Made by a program: the position numbers and the translations under genes
Shown here: positions 39,601-64,000 of the stretch, in pieces
Layout of the letters: each line of letters opens with the position of its first letter
Numbering within the stretch: the first letter of the stretch is position 1
From: Tubiluchus corallicola
Lineage: Eukaryota; Animalia; Priapulida
Length of the DNA stretch: 64,000 nucleotides
Assembly: GCA_030141605.1 (NCBI GenBank)
Contig: JAQGDQ010000133.1
Location: 186,001-250,000 of the forward strand
Direction of reading: 5' to 3'
Notes under the pieces: model-generated
What the model was told of the DNA's origin: nothing
The model's database searches: none
The model's input: only the letters and a program-made list of their open reading frames with translations

Positions 39601-40639
39601 GATGGAGTCACAACTGAAGTAAACTGTTATCTTGATTACTGACTCTGATACATCTGTAAGTCACAAAAACGCAATGGTTCGGTTAGTAGTGCTACCACGT
39701 TAGACAGAAAGTTGCCTTGTGCATGCCACTGCATTGCGCTATGATTCTCAGCCTTGCATAATTTTTAGTCTAGCACAACCTAGTCTATACTAATGCTCTA
39801 TAGACAGCTAGATGAGTTTGCCTGATGACAGTTTATCACTGTATTTAGTCTATTTAAAAATGAGTTCAAACTGGCCGCATATTATGTAAATATGATTGGG
39901 AACCAACCAGCACTAAAAAAAGTTTAGTGAATTTTGGTTAAGTATTACAGCTGAATGTCAAGCTTGGGGAACTAATTTGTGAAACAGATTTTTCACATGA
40001 AATAAAAATGGTAGTACCCGCATACCTCACATAACAAAATGATGTTATTATTTTTTACCCACTGAAGTTTTTAAACATGAAACAAAAAAGCAGTTTTGAA
40101 TGTTTAACATGGTTTGAAGGTTTAAGGTTTATAGAGTACATAGAGGGAAATGTGTGAAGCTTTTTTCATATATCTTAGTGGCAGACTCGTACTTTTGGTT
40201 GGGATAACGGATCTTTTGCTTTTTCAGTTGTGGTATATGGGCTGGGTCTGTGAACGTCTACCATCAGCAAAGCATTGGCAAAGTTGGATCTGGAGGCCTA
40301 TGTTCATCGTACTCAAAGGACAAGATGTGTGTTTCCTAGATAATCCTCCGGTAAATACTTGATATCTGTCTGCCTCTTTGTCCATCTGTTTTAACAACAA
40401 TGCTCAGCAAAGCAAAGTCTGGTGGAAAGTTTTGAATAAACGAATAATGAATATTTTGGAACCCATGAAAAATTTGGACAGTTGTTCTTGTCTGTTCAGT
40501 CTGCGCTGCATTTGTATAAAATTATGCATTATAATGGCTAATACATGTGTTGCTGTCTGTTAGTTGTGGGAAAGAATTTGACAGACCGGTGAACATGAAT
40601 TAAAATACAAAGAGTCTTGAAGAGAGAGAGAGGGAAAGA

Positions 40640-40738
<99 letters not shown>

Positions 40739-43700
40739 GGGGAGGGAGGGAGGAGAGATAAAGAGAGAGGGGGAGGGACTGGGAGAAATGGAGAGAGAGA
40801 TAGAGCTTTCTTTGATTTTGTTCCTGCTTTTCTCTTAGACACTTCAGTTGTCGATGCTTTTTCGTGGGTTTGTCATTGTTGTTAATGTAACTTAATGTGC
40901 CTTGGTTAGCTGTGTTCTCATTAACTAACGTCTTGTGTGTTTGGATATTTTTGGGATCTTTAATTCAGCAATATGAGACCTGCTGTATCTGTTTGCTAGT
41001 GCACTCTTTCTTGAGTACAATCTGAAGCTTCCTGATACATGTTGCTGTATCAAAGCCATTGAGTCGCTTTTAGAAATGTAAATTTGTAATAATAAATAAA
41101 TTTTTTTGTTGATTCTTTTAGTATTGCCAACTGGCTAATTTATTTTACTGTTCTAAACCTTTCTTTTATTTTAGCTACATAGAGAAGACTGGCTTGACTG
41201 TGATCCATCGTATAGAATATATGATACAATTCTTTGTATCACTAAAGTAAGTATCAGTAAATGCAGAAATTTAAGCTCTGTTTATTATATACTTGCTTTA
41301 CAAAATGACAGAGCTGTGTACATGACTCTTTTGCCCTTCATTTTTTCTGAGAGCATATGCTAGTAATAATCAATGAATTGTGTCACAGATTTGTTTAGTT
41401 CTTAAATAGTACACTACCACATGACTATACATCAGCTGCCCACTGTTGTGAATTAGGATTAATGATTACTGTTGTACATTAATTCCTGGTATCATATTTT
41501 ATGTTGTTTTGTCTATCATAAGTAAGCTTGGCACTTTCAGTGTTGTCTAAAGATTTGTTTACCTTTTTTGCTGTATTATACCGTGAATTAGTGATTAGTG
41601 CAGATAGGCCCTCAAAATAGGATGTTCATTGATTTTGCTGAATAAGTGTTGTTAGAAGCTCTCTGCAAGCTCTATATATCGAATTTTGACAGATTCCTTG
41701 ACTCCTTGTTGAAACGTCTGTCTCTCTTCTGAAGCAGCTGACTTGTTCTTGTAATTGGTGTTTTGGACTGATAGTGTAACCTCTGAAACACTGATATGTT
41801 CTGTATGGTTGGATGATTGATATGGTGTAGGAGAAGCTACTGGAACAGCCATCGTGTGTTACAATTGGTGGAACATTATAGCTAGTGGACTGTCAGATAT
41901 TTTTTTCTTTTGTTCATATCTAGTGTAGGAAGCTACTGGTGTGGGGTAACATCGGGCATGAGACTCACAGAGGAAGGAAGGATGCTGCCTGAGTGTAGAT
42001 CAGCTAGTCTGAATAGTATACTAATTAGAGATAAACTTTTTTTCATGTCAGTTCTGTATGGTGAATTATTAGATTAGAGCTGTTTATTATTTAGCTATAA
42101 TTTTGTGTTGCAGTTTGAGTTTTGTGTTATTTTATTGATATAGTCATAGTTTGAAGTGATAACAAGTGGTGCTCCGCAATGATCTCTTCCCACTTATTGC
42201 TCAGCAGCAGAGATTTTCATATTGGCACTAAACTCAACAGTTACCATCATACTATGACTCCATCTTCTGAAATTATTGGCAAACTACTAATAACAGTGGA
42301 TAGTGTGTAATAGATGATTAAAGTGCACATTAAAAGCCGTATTTCAGAAATGAACAAAACTCTAACATAAGTCTTGCTTTTTGGCTGAGTTCTCATCGTC
42401 CATCTTGCAAAAGTTCATTATCCACTTGATCTGTGTTGTGAATGGAGACACTTAATAAAATGTGGTACATTGGAACTTCAAAACTTTTGGACTAATGGCT
42501 TATAGGAGTTGATAAAGAATACCTATAACAAATTGTTTGCCTAACTACATTTAATATCGTTCATGCTAAAAAATTGTGTTGCAGGAATCTGAATATGTCG
42601 ACAACAAGCAACACTGTTTTACAGTGAAAACTGTCAATGGCGAATTTAGATATTTTTGTTCTGAGACCGGCACTGATTTGCTGAGATTAGAGAATTCTTG
42701 GTACAAATGTTTATATCAAGCTGTCGAACAGATAAAGGTATGTGTAGCCTACTAATTTCCAAGTGTGCATACAATAAAATATAGTTAAATAATAAATGGG
42801 GCAACATCTCAAACATAATTCAAGTTTTAAACTTGGGATAATCCAGTGTGCCCACTATGCTTTATATTGTTTTAGTTCAGCAGATGTTGCAGTATGTATA
42901 ATGGTCAGCTTGCAAGGCAGCTACACTCCCCTGTTTAAAAACTCAAAAATGCTAACAGTCAGCTCCACACTGCCCGCTCATGTCCTTGTACTTTAGGAAT
43001 AGCCAAGGATGTGTTCAGATTTGTCAATGTTGCATGACTTAATTGGGATTCACTTGAACCAATCTTAAAAACAAAATTGAAAGTTATACTTATATTTGCT
43101 GTTGTAAAAATTGCCTACTCATCAGTTGTGGATAATTTTAACACTGAACACGTTTACTCATAGTGTTGATTTGATGTGTCTTCATGTGCTGGTGATTTAT
43201 AAATTTTGTATTTTTACATATTATTCTGTATATATGTACATGTACACATTGGCATTGTATATAACAAAATCTAATCTAAAATCTAAAAATCTGATGTATT
43301 TGTTTAGGAGACACTTGCAACCTATAATAGTTAGCACTCCTGTTCATAGATCATAATATGAAGCCATTATCTTATTAAGTTATGTATAATTATTGTATAC
43401 TAAGTTAGTATTATGTATATATTGATAATTTTAAGGTAGGTATTAACATAGTATGTTTATTAGCTAATTGAGCTAACTTAGCAAGTTATTCTACAGTGTA
43501 AGTAAGCTAAATGTCTTGAAAATATATGTTATTAATGAATTTATAATAATTTTTTTTAGATATACATAGCTATTAATGCTAGTTGCTCTTACAAAAACAT
43601 TTCTGTTTTAAAAATTAGATAACGTTCTTTAATATCATTTAATAAAGAATTGTAATATATAATTTTGTACTTAATTTGCACATAATTACTAACCATAATT

Positions 43701-44777
43701 AGCCATTGAAAACTTATTGAAGGTTTTTGAACACAGTTACATTTAGAAATTACTTAATTGTTTCTCACACATAGCTACATGTTTGAATTAATTGCTGGTT
43801 AGATATTAGTAAACTTAACATTTTTGTATAATTATATTGTTTACATAGCAGTTTCTATGTATGTTACAGAGCAAAACATTTTCATGTACATATAGAGGCA
43901 AAGCTTCTGGATTAACAATTGATATGGAAAATGGATTTTCCCTTTTTGATATTGAAACAAAAGTAAGTTGTGATGAATTGTTATTATATTTTGTTTGTTT
44001 AGACCTAGAATACTTTACATAGCTGCTAAATAAATAAAATTCTTTTCATTGCCATCATATGTGACCTTATTCCCTTCTTTCATTGTTTTTGTTCATAATG
44101 ATATGTTAAGTTGTACCACAAAAATTTTATTTTATCAAAAAGCAGTACAAATTTTACTGATTTTTAAATATAAAAATGTCATAAAATTCTTACTAAAGCT
44201 ATTTATAACATAGATTTCATAAATGATAAACATGGTACACCAGTTTTATCAAAAACTAATGCCATAGAATTTGACCAAAAGAAAATTATGGGGGAATTCA
44301 GTAATTTTCAAGTCCGCTTACATTTAGCAATTTTTTACATTGTTTTAGCAATATATGTGGAGGTATAAGTTTTCCCATCTTAGAGGATCATCAGATGATG
44401 GCAAATCAAAGGTAAAACTCATGCTCCAGGAAGGCCAGCTTGTTGAGAGTAGGGTAGGTCAATGCCATTTTTATTAAAGAATTATTTGTAAGTTCAGTTT
44501 TGTGCAAAAACTGATTAATTTAACACACAAGTGCACCTAACAACTTCATTATTTTTTACTCATTATTTTGTTAGGACTATTTAAACTCCATTTTACCTAG
44601 TTGCATAGTTTAAATAGTATTCAGTTTTACAGTTAAGTAATATAGGTATTAAATGAATAACGCTTTTATTTTCAGGAAATAGAATGCGAAACTTTGCAGA
44701 TGTTGCTCTTTTGCATGAATGCATTTTTAACGGCCAAATTGGTGTCTGTTGATCCCGCTTTTCTAAAATCGTCATGA
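21027..44777 (+). CDS. SNTG: Gamma-syntrophin-like scaffold protein (split PH1, PDZ, PH2, SU domain); 14 coding exons excluding the first
   Basis: Exons, all GT-AG and frame-consistent (1443 nt including stop): 21027-21179 (VRHGMVAVTDGKGKRQAVRLQL...), 35174-35230 (ERDVSLKRGINGELGLSIK), 36034-36091 (GGAEHNLPILISKIYKDSG), 36362-36405, 37503-37694 (...THDAAVELLRRAGNQIMLTVRHYK...), 38231-38352 (...LLMAYVTRYVMGTDKLR), 39166-39295, 39462-39500, 40228-40350 (LWYMGWVCERL...WRPMFIVLKG), 41175-41246, 42585-42737, 43870-43962, 44349-44453 (WRYKFSHLRGSSDDGKSKVKL), 44676-44777 (LLFCMNAFLTAKLVSVDPAF...stop). These motifs are characteristic of gamma-syntrophins and Drosophila Syn2. Confidence 0.93.
21319..21417. 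repeat. (GA)n microsatellite
   Basis: About 100 bp of gaga repeats in the syntrophin intron. Confidence 0.95.
24867..24872 (-). terminator. Poly(A) signal AATAAA of nested gene A
   Basis: tttatt on the + strand about 160 nt past the stop at 25033, at the same aligned position as the copy-B signal (29821-29826). Confidence 0.65.
25033..26446 (-). CDS. Nested gene A: small secreted cysteine-rich protein, 113 aa, 12 Cys in the mature region
   Basis: Exons 26446-26411 (MKLGVCVLFSLL|gtacat), 26021-25866 (ttgtag|VFVTSRPNKPNLETACFSPAQVKCEDDCTPSEWAFKTECTCFSWNGQKICGE|gtaat) and 25182-25033 (tttcag|TYIRSKPCKCTKIPSGKALPFWIPCVIGKDGCDCSLATQAFKLCKPAPA*). All introns phase 0; hydrophobic signal peptide; TATA box upstream and AATAAA downstream; the paralogue conserves exon structure and all cysteines. 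Confidence 0.88.
26522..26528 (-). promoter_or_regulatory. TATA box (TATAAAAG) of nested gene A
   Basis: Minus strand cgccagTATAAAAgc, about 76 nt upstream of the ATG at 26446; identical context in copy B. Confidence 0.75.
29821..29826 (-). terminator. Poly(A) signal AATAAA of nested gene B
   Basis: tttatt on the + strand about 185 nt past the stop at 30011; positionally conserved with copy A. Confidence 0.65.
30011..31623 (-). CDS. Nested gene B: small secreted cysteine-rich protein, 117 aa, 12 Cys in the mature region (paralogue of gene A)
   Basis: Exons 31623-31588 (MKLGVCVLFSLL|gtacgt), 31147-30977 (ttgcag|IVVKSNLDQAICLSDITLGVFGITCEESCTPYKQLTDWPFHSECACGLFKGTEKCVE|gtaat) and 30157-30011 (tttcag|IYSRNKPCTCKKATPQGPQVIPFFLPCLMEEGVCDCSMAPYAYKPCNP*). 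All introns phase 0 and the frame is intact. Confidence 0.88.
30217..30351. repeat. Exact 135-bp copy of 29904-30038 (end of exon 3 plus 3' UTR of gene B) lying in intron 2 of gene B
   Basis: taacgacaatcatacaatgtcc...caaggtttatatgcgtag is read identically at both positions. Confidence 0.9.
31699..31705 (-). promoter_or_regulatory. TATA box (TATAAAAG) of nested gene B
   Basis: Minus strand cgccagTATAAAAgc, about 76 nt upstream of the ATG at 31623. Confidence 0.75.
32222..32412. mobile_element. Short foldback/MITE-like insertion with internal telomere-like (TAACCC)n repeats
   Basis: Left arm repeats aaaaaagtcac/gaaaaaaacgcac/ggaaaaaag, right arm repeats the complementary tgactttttcc/gactttttacc/ttttaccgg, and the centre reads taaccccaaccctaaccctaacattaaccctgacccctaaccct. 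Absent from duplication unit A. Confidence 0.5.
34226..34534. mobile_element. hAT (Charlie-like) MITE, 309 bp
   Basis: Perfect 14-bp TIRs CAGTGGTTCCCAAA / TTTGGGAACCACTG, perfect 8-bp TSD CTCTAGAA (34218-34225 and 34535-34542) and subterminal GGGGTAA repeats. Confidence 0.92.
34723..35067. mobile_element. hAT-type MITE with TAGGG termini and TTCGAA subterminal repeats
   Basis: TIRs TAGGGATGAGTAT / ATGTTCACCCCTA, near-perfect 8-bp TSD gtattttg / gtactttg, and clusters of ttcgaat at both ends. Confidence 0.75.
36538..36714. repeat. (ATC)n microsatellite with a duplicated gccaactttatt spacer
   Basis: Long tcatcatca run at 36538-36616 and a shorter run at 36688-36714. Confidence 0.95.
38439..38716 (+). 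repeat. Tandem duplication, 2 x 137 bp, each unit containing a tRNA/5S-derived SINE-like segment
   Basis: acttctagttttacctaat starts at 38439 and 38576. Each unit contains tagccgagtggtca (A-box-like) and aagttaaacgatgcttacattggttagtaaatgaatggatg (5S-like). Confidence 0.85.
40622..40805. repeat. (GA)n / purine-rich microsatellite
   Basis: About 180 bp of gaga repeats; explains ORFs 40600..40842 and 40617..40838. Confidence 0.95.
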
Positions 44778-45676
44778 ACTTGGATAGTGCCCTTGTGGAT
44801 GCATATGATTTGACTCATTTCCATTTGGGTATAATTCACAATTTTGGTAGATTGTGATCAACATACTGGATGTGGAAGTGGATTTCATGGAAGCAAGAAC
44901 AATTTTTTTACTTGTAATTACATACATGGCACAGTCAGTTATTACATGAATAGAAACACCATATTTAAAAACTGTTTTATATATTTATAATATGGCATTG
45001 TATAAAACATATGGATAAAATGTGTACTAGACAAGTAATATTGCAAATCTTCTACATTTTTTAATAATCTTTTTTTAGTACATACTTGTGTACAAAATTA
45101 TGTAAAAAAATGAAACGTGCAATTGTAGGCTTACAATAATTAGTAAATTTAAACAGCAATTAGTTAAATTGTTTCAATGTTCTATTGATCTATATGCATA
45201 GAACCAGTGATAGATAAGCAACTGCTTTGTAACAAAACTTTACTATTACAGTATAAAAACAAGGACATTTCATGAAAATTCATATACATGTAATGGATAG
45301 ATGTATAATTTGTTACTTCATCAGAGTACTGAAATTTTTACATGCCACATATTTGTAAATAATTTTTTTGTTTGCTTGCAAAACTACAATGTGCATATCC
45401 TTTGTTAAAAGTATTTTTCTTTTAATGCTAGATTTTGTTTATGAAATTATCAGTGTATATACGTTTTGTAAATAAGTATACTATAATTTATTAATACTTG
45501 TTTATAAGTAGTAGTATGTTATAAATAAGAATGACTAAGATATGATGATGCCTATTAAGAAAAAAATAAATTACTATAAAATGATTTTGCTGTTTTCCTA
45601 TGTACATGTAGTTTTTATACAGACTACTTTGTTTAAAAGCATTAATTTTCCTAAACAGGTAGGTATAAAGTTAAAG

Positions 45677-45678
<2 letters not shown>

Positions 45679-45760
<82 letters not shown>
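45679..45760. repeat. (TA)n microsatellite
   Basis: About 80 bp of atatat downstream of the syntrophin stop. Confidence 0.95.
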
Positions 45761-47844
45761 GTATATTCTGTTCGTAAAATTTAGAAGATAAATGAAAAAT
45801 CTGAATCTTAATAATGGTGAATGTATATCTAGTAATTCTTTTAAGTTCATTTCACAGGAATTAAAAACAAACAAATGTTTTGAAAAAAGCAATTTGAAAA
45901 CAGTGTTCATTATTTCCCAGTAATGTCGACTCCACTGACGGTTTTTATAATTGTGATATAGTGTACAATTTAAAAGGTAACTTAAATGCTGATTGGTGAA
46001 AATAACTACCAGTTATGTAGACAAAACATCCATTAATATTACTTTTCATTTTTGTAATAGTTACAACCGAAAATGCATTAAGACCAGTCTCTTATAACAA
46101 ATGAAAAAAATGAACATATTTAAATTGTAATACATAGCGTTCTTCTTCATGATAAGACTTAAAAACACTTACAAAAATTACATTTATAATAAATTCTTGT
46201 CAATACTTGTAGATCATCATTATTATTACTATAATAAGCTTAAGAAACTTATTTGCTGTAATTATTTTGCAATACTTACATTTCTATACTTTATAATAGT
46301 AGACATATACAAAAGAGAATTAAATAGTATAATATAGGCTTCTATTGAACTAGTAAAGATCGATCGAGGTAGGAATGTGCTTAACAAATGGCTATAATAA
46401 AGTATACAACACATGTACAACAATTAATAAGTGAAAAATAAAGCATTCAATTTATATATTTATATATTATATAGGAAATTGTTTTCACTGAATATAATGT
46501 TTTTTAATTAGTTCTGAGGGATGAGAAACCGTATTTATGTGGGGGTGGAGGGGGAGGTTAACAGTAGCAGCACCGGTAGCCATGTATTTATATGAACATT
46601 TGTCGCGATGCATTTTCACTGTACTACTGTTAATGTTACTGTTAACAGTTGGCAAAAAAGCAAAGTTAGCATTCCTGCTAGAAACAATCATTTTTTTCAA
46701 AATGTTTTCAAAAACGATATAAGATGATTTATTAGTAAAGTTTTGGTTTAAAGCATTTAAAGAATTTCCATATTGTGGTATCTCTTGGCAATAGATATGA
46801 CAATTTCTCTGCATGAAGATTCATACAACGTCACGTATTTCGCTGCGCAAAATGCCAACATGATTACAGCTTTCGTATAACCACATACTGAGCATTTATT
46901 TTTGCTAAAAGAAGCTCGTCAGTTTCTTACATAACAGTGGCAAGGTGATGATAATTGCAGTGACCGTCTTTAGTATTTTGATAATGACCCTATAATGATG
47001 GAATGACATAAATTTATATTGATAATTTAAAATAAAACTTATTTTAGACTTATGTAAGCAATACGGGTTTAAACAATACAAGTTAATAACCCAGATAAAC
47101 TTTTTGTGTTCTTATAATTAAGAGGTTTTCCAAATATTGGAAGCTCAACCTAAACAAATATTAAAATACGTTATTTTATACTGTAGAGTGGTATTTGACA
47201 ATCCTTGTAAAAATAAGAAACTAGGGCTAATTACCTTGGGACTGACAGGGTTTTTATTAATATGAAAGGGTTCAGCCCGTGTCGTCTAAAGGATTCAGAT
47301 AATGTTATTTCACAAGGTGGGAGAGATTTGAGCCAATGACAGATTCATTGATGTTTATTTTTTTTACTTTAAGAAATTTATATAAATCAAATCTGACACT
47401 TTCTAACCTTTCCAGGCACTATACGTCTGCATTACAATACCTCGGATCTGTTTTACTGTTAATAAATTTTAGTTGATGAAATCTTGTAAAACATTTTAAT
47501 ACGTGTACCCGAAAAAATCACTCTTAGGGATGTTATCTCCCGCCGTATATTTCAATACATTCTCCACTTCTTTTTGTGAGTAGCCTTTGTTATAGAACAG
47601 TAGCCGGTCGGATGAAGAGACAAAATGAGAGCTGATTGGCCATTGCGAGGTGGTACCGCTTGTTGTTTGACGCTTGCCGATCTCTGTATTGAGTTAATTC
47701 CATTGTTAATGATGTATTGAAATTACGATTATGAATATTTAATGATGCCACAAAAGTAATGATGAACACCGGGATGTAATAATTTATAAGAACAAACAAT
47801 TAAATCGACACAAGTTTATATAAATTCTGGCTATCCTTCAAGAA

Positions 47845-61753
<13,909 letters not shown>

Positions 61754-62649
61754 TGTACATGGTTAAATTAACAAATTCATGGCAATCCTGTGAAAAAGTA
61801 ACGCAAAATAACACGTATTAGTGATTGATTAAGGGTCTGGTATTTTAATTTTTATAGATTTTTTGAGAATGCACTATGAATACATAAAAAAATTATTTTG
61901 CCACTGGTGCATGCATCATCGGGGTAGTATACAACTGTTTTATGGAGAATTTTATGATACATCTTGAAAAGAATATACAGCGTGTTTCAGAATTTTTCCA
62001 CTAATTTAATTTTTAATTTTCTTTACAGCTTATCGACGAAGGACATTCATCTTGTGGTAAACTCTTACTCAGTAAGTGAGAAGTTTTTCGCTGTGTCTTC
62101 ATTTAAAATTTGCGCCGCCATCGTCTGCTACCAAGCTGATTTAGAGGCGTAAACTTGTTATATAGCAGCCCGATATGCATGTGTAAATTAAAATTGCTGC
62201 AGTAGACTCATCAAGCCGAACTTAATGCCACTAAAGTTCTCAGCAGCCAAATTCTCACTTGGTTCTTCTTGTAGTTGCATTTTTAATAAAATTTTAAAAA
62301 TAATGACAAACTTTCCAATCACCCCGTGTAAAAATCCTTCATCAAAACATTAAAAGTAAACAATATAGTAATAATAATAATAGCACAAGTAATATGTTAA
62401 ATGGTTAAAAAATAACTTTAAACCTTTCGCTTTACAAAATTGTGTAATTGTGCAATCAGTATTTCAACTTATGAAATTACATAAAGCAACAAAGTATACA
62501 AAATTCTCGGCTGAAACAGGAAATGCAAGAACAGAATAAAACTAAGTTTAAGTTTTTACTTTAATTTTCGTAATAATAATGAAAGAAAACACATACGATG
62601 AGAATAAGAAAGTAATTCATTGAAGTAAAAGTTCGCAACACACACTTAC

Positions 62650-62850
62650 CTATGTGAAGCACCTGTGTGTCACTTTCTTTCATCTCTCTGCGAGCTTCTC
62701 ACTTGAATATCGCTGTTCACCTGTCTCTAGCGCAGAAGGACTGGCGGGGATACGTGGATGGAAACACTCCCAGACTCCTTGCTGTTTTAATTATTAAAAT
62801 CGAACTCCGCAAATGATAGGCAGGTTAACGCGAATGAGCACTCGTTGTCG
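62650..62850 (-). other. Probable non-coding 5' exon of the zinc-finger gene
   Basis: Strong donor CATAG|GTAAGT at 62650/62649 on the minus strand. The ATG-containing exon has a good acceptor (ctttttcacag|, exon start 61787) and so needs an upstream exon. The 5' boundary is a guess. Confidence 0.55.
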
Positions 62851-62929
62851 CTGACACAACATTAGTAACTCTGGTAGAGATTTTGCTCGTCTTCCCAGTC
62901 AATTGGTCAACATCTCAAAAGCCTCCCAG

Positions 62930-63030
62930 TAAATATGCAAATTAGTTTGGCAATAATAGGAGGAGGCGGTCCCTAAAGTTATTGCATGTTAGAATGGATA
63001 AAATGTATTTTCGGACGAGTCACGTGACTG
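62930..63030. promoter_or_regulatory. Candidate promoter motifs of the zinc-finger gene: octamer ATGCAAAT (62935-62942) and palindromic E-box GTCACGTGAC (63019-63028)
   Basis: Exact consensus matches in a relatively GC-rich stretch just upstream of the probable 5' exon; function not shown. Confidence 0.4.
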
Positions 63031-64000
63031 CGTGCTTCCTTAAAAGCGTGCTACTTCTTAAGTGGCGGTGCCCTTTAAACTTTTTAGAGGTAAAATCGTA
63101 CAGTCTGAGTCAATACTTTATAGGATGATTCGGGTAAAAAAGTAATTATTTGGAAAAGCTGATCTCTCACAAAATTAATGAAATAGTGCTTAATCAATGA
63201 TTTGCCCAACTGCGTCTTTTAAGATTAAAATATAATGTCTGAGTCCACGAAAGTGAATTTAGCAGGAATCTAATTCGACTTTGTACACATTGAATTACTT
63301 TAACTGTGTTGTAATAAAAAGACGATTTTAATTATTCAAATATTTATAATTTTAGTACTTAATATAAATATAAATATTGAATACAAATATTTAACTAATT
63401 ACCCACCGACTGTTCTAAATTGTAATTCCGGTTAAGCCTGCGTTTTGCAAGTTTAATAATTCGGAATTCGTTCATATACTGACGTATACCTTTTGAGTGA
63501 CATGCGTTGCTAAATTTAAACAAAAATGATTTCTTACGTGTAAAATCCAAAGATGACACGAGACTACAATACTACGAAAGTTTGTGTCTGTGGTGTTTAT
63601 TTTTGTTTTGTTTGATGAGTAATATACTACTTGGGCCTTATAGAAATCCATTTTACGTTTAATAATTTGGTTTGCTACATGTTAGTTTCAGCACTTACAA
63701 GTACTTTTAATTATCAAATTTTTATGTTATCTAACGTTTGCCAAAAATGAAAAGCCATAAAAATAAAAGGAAGGATGTTAGTGTTTCAGTATTTTGAGTA
63801 TATTAATGTACTATTTCTGCCATGTTTTCACTATAATTATTGTCTACTACTAGTAGAAGCAAACGTGACATTAAAGTTTTAGTCTTTTTTACAACAACCT
63901 CTGCAATTCGTACATAGCCTGCATTAAACAAGTTAATAACTAATTCTGTATTTAGGTATACAGTTGTTACCAATTTTCAATATAACAGTAAGATCACTAA

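Noticed and set aside
40600-40842. ER/SL dipeptide-repeat ORFs (also 21261..21701; YI-repeat ORFs at 45542..45910)
   Set aside because: Artefacts of (GA)n and (TA)n microsatellites.

Overview
AT-rich, intron-rich invertebrate (metazoan) genomic DNA; the organism cannot be fixed from the sequence. Gene models were built by hand from GT-AG splice sites and reading-frame continuity. (1) The 5' part of a DEG/ENaC-family channel gene lies on the minus strand (one large coding exon, 1138..153; the gene continues off the left edge). (2) A gamma-syntrophin-like gene lies on the plus strand (14 coding exons 21027..44777, plus candidate first exons at 7068 and 20385). (3) Two previously unannotated three-exon paralogues are nested antisense in a 14-kb syntrophin intron (26446..25033 and 31623..30011). 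Each has a TATA box, a signal peptide, a conserved 12-cysteine framework and a poly(A) signal, and they arose by a local 3.5-4.5 kb tandem duplication. (4) A Fezf-related C2H2 transcription factor on the minus strand (61753..47845) carries an N-terminal SNAG domain, an eh1-like motif and 8 zinc fingers. Non-coding content includes hAT-type MITEs (one with perfect TIRs and TSD), a degenerate tRNA/5S-derived SINE-like family, short tandem duplications and long microsatellites, which account for most of the low-complexity ORFs in the supplied track. The nested cysteine-rich secreted-protein pair is the most interesting candidate novel system.
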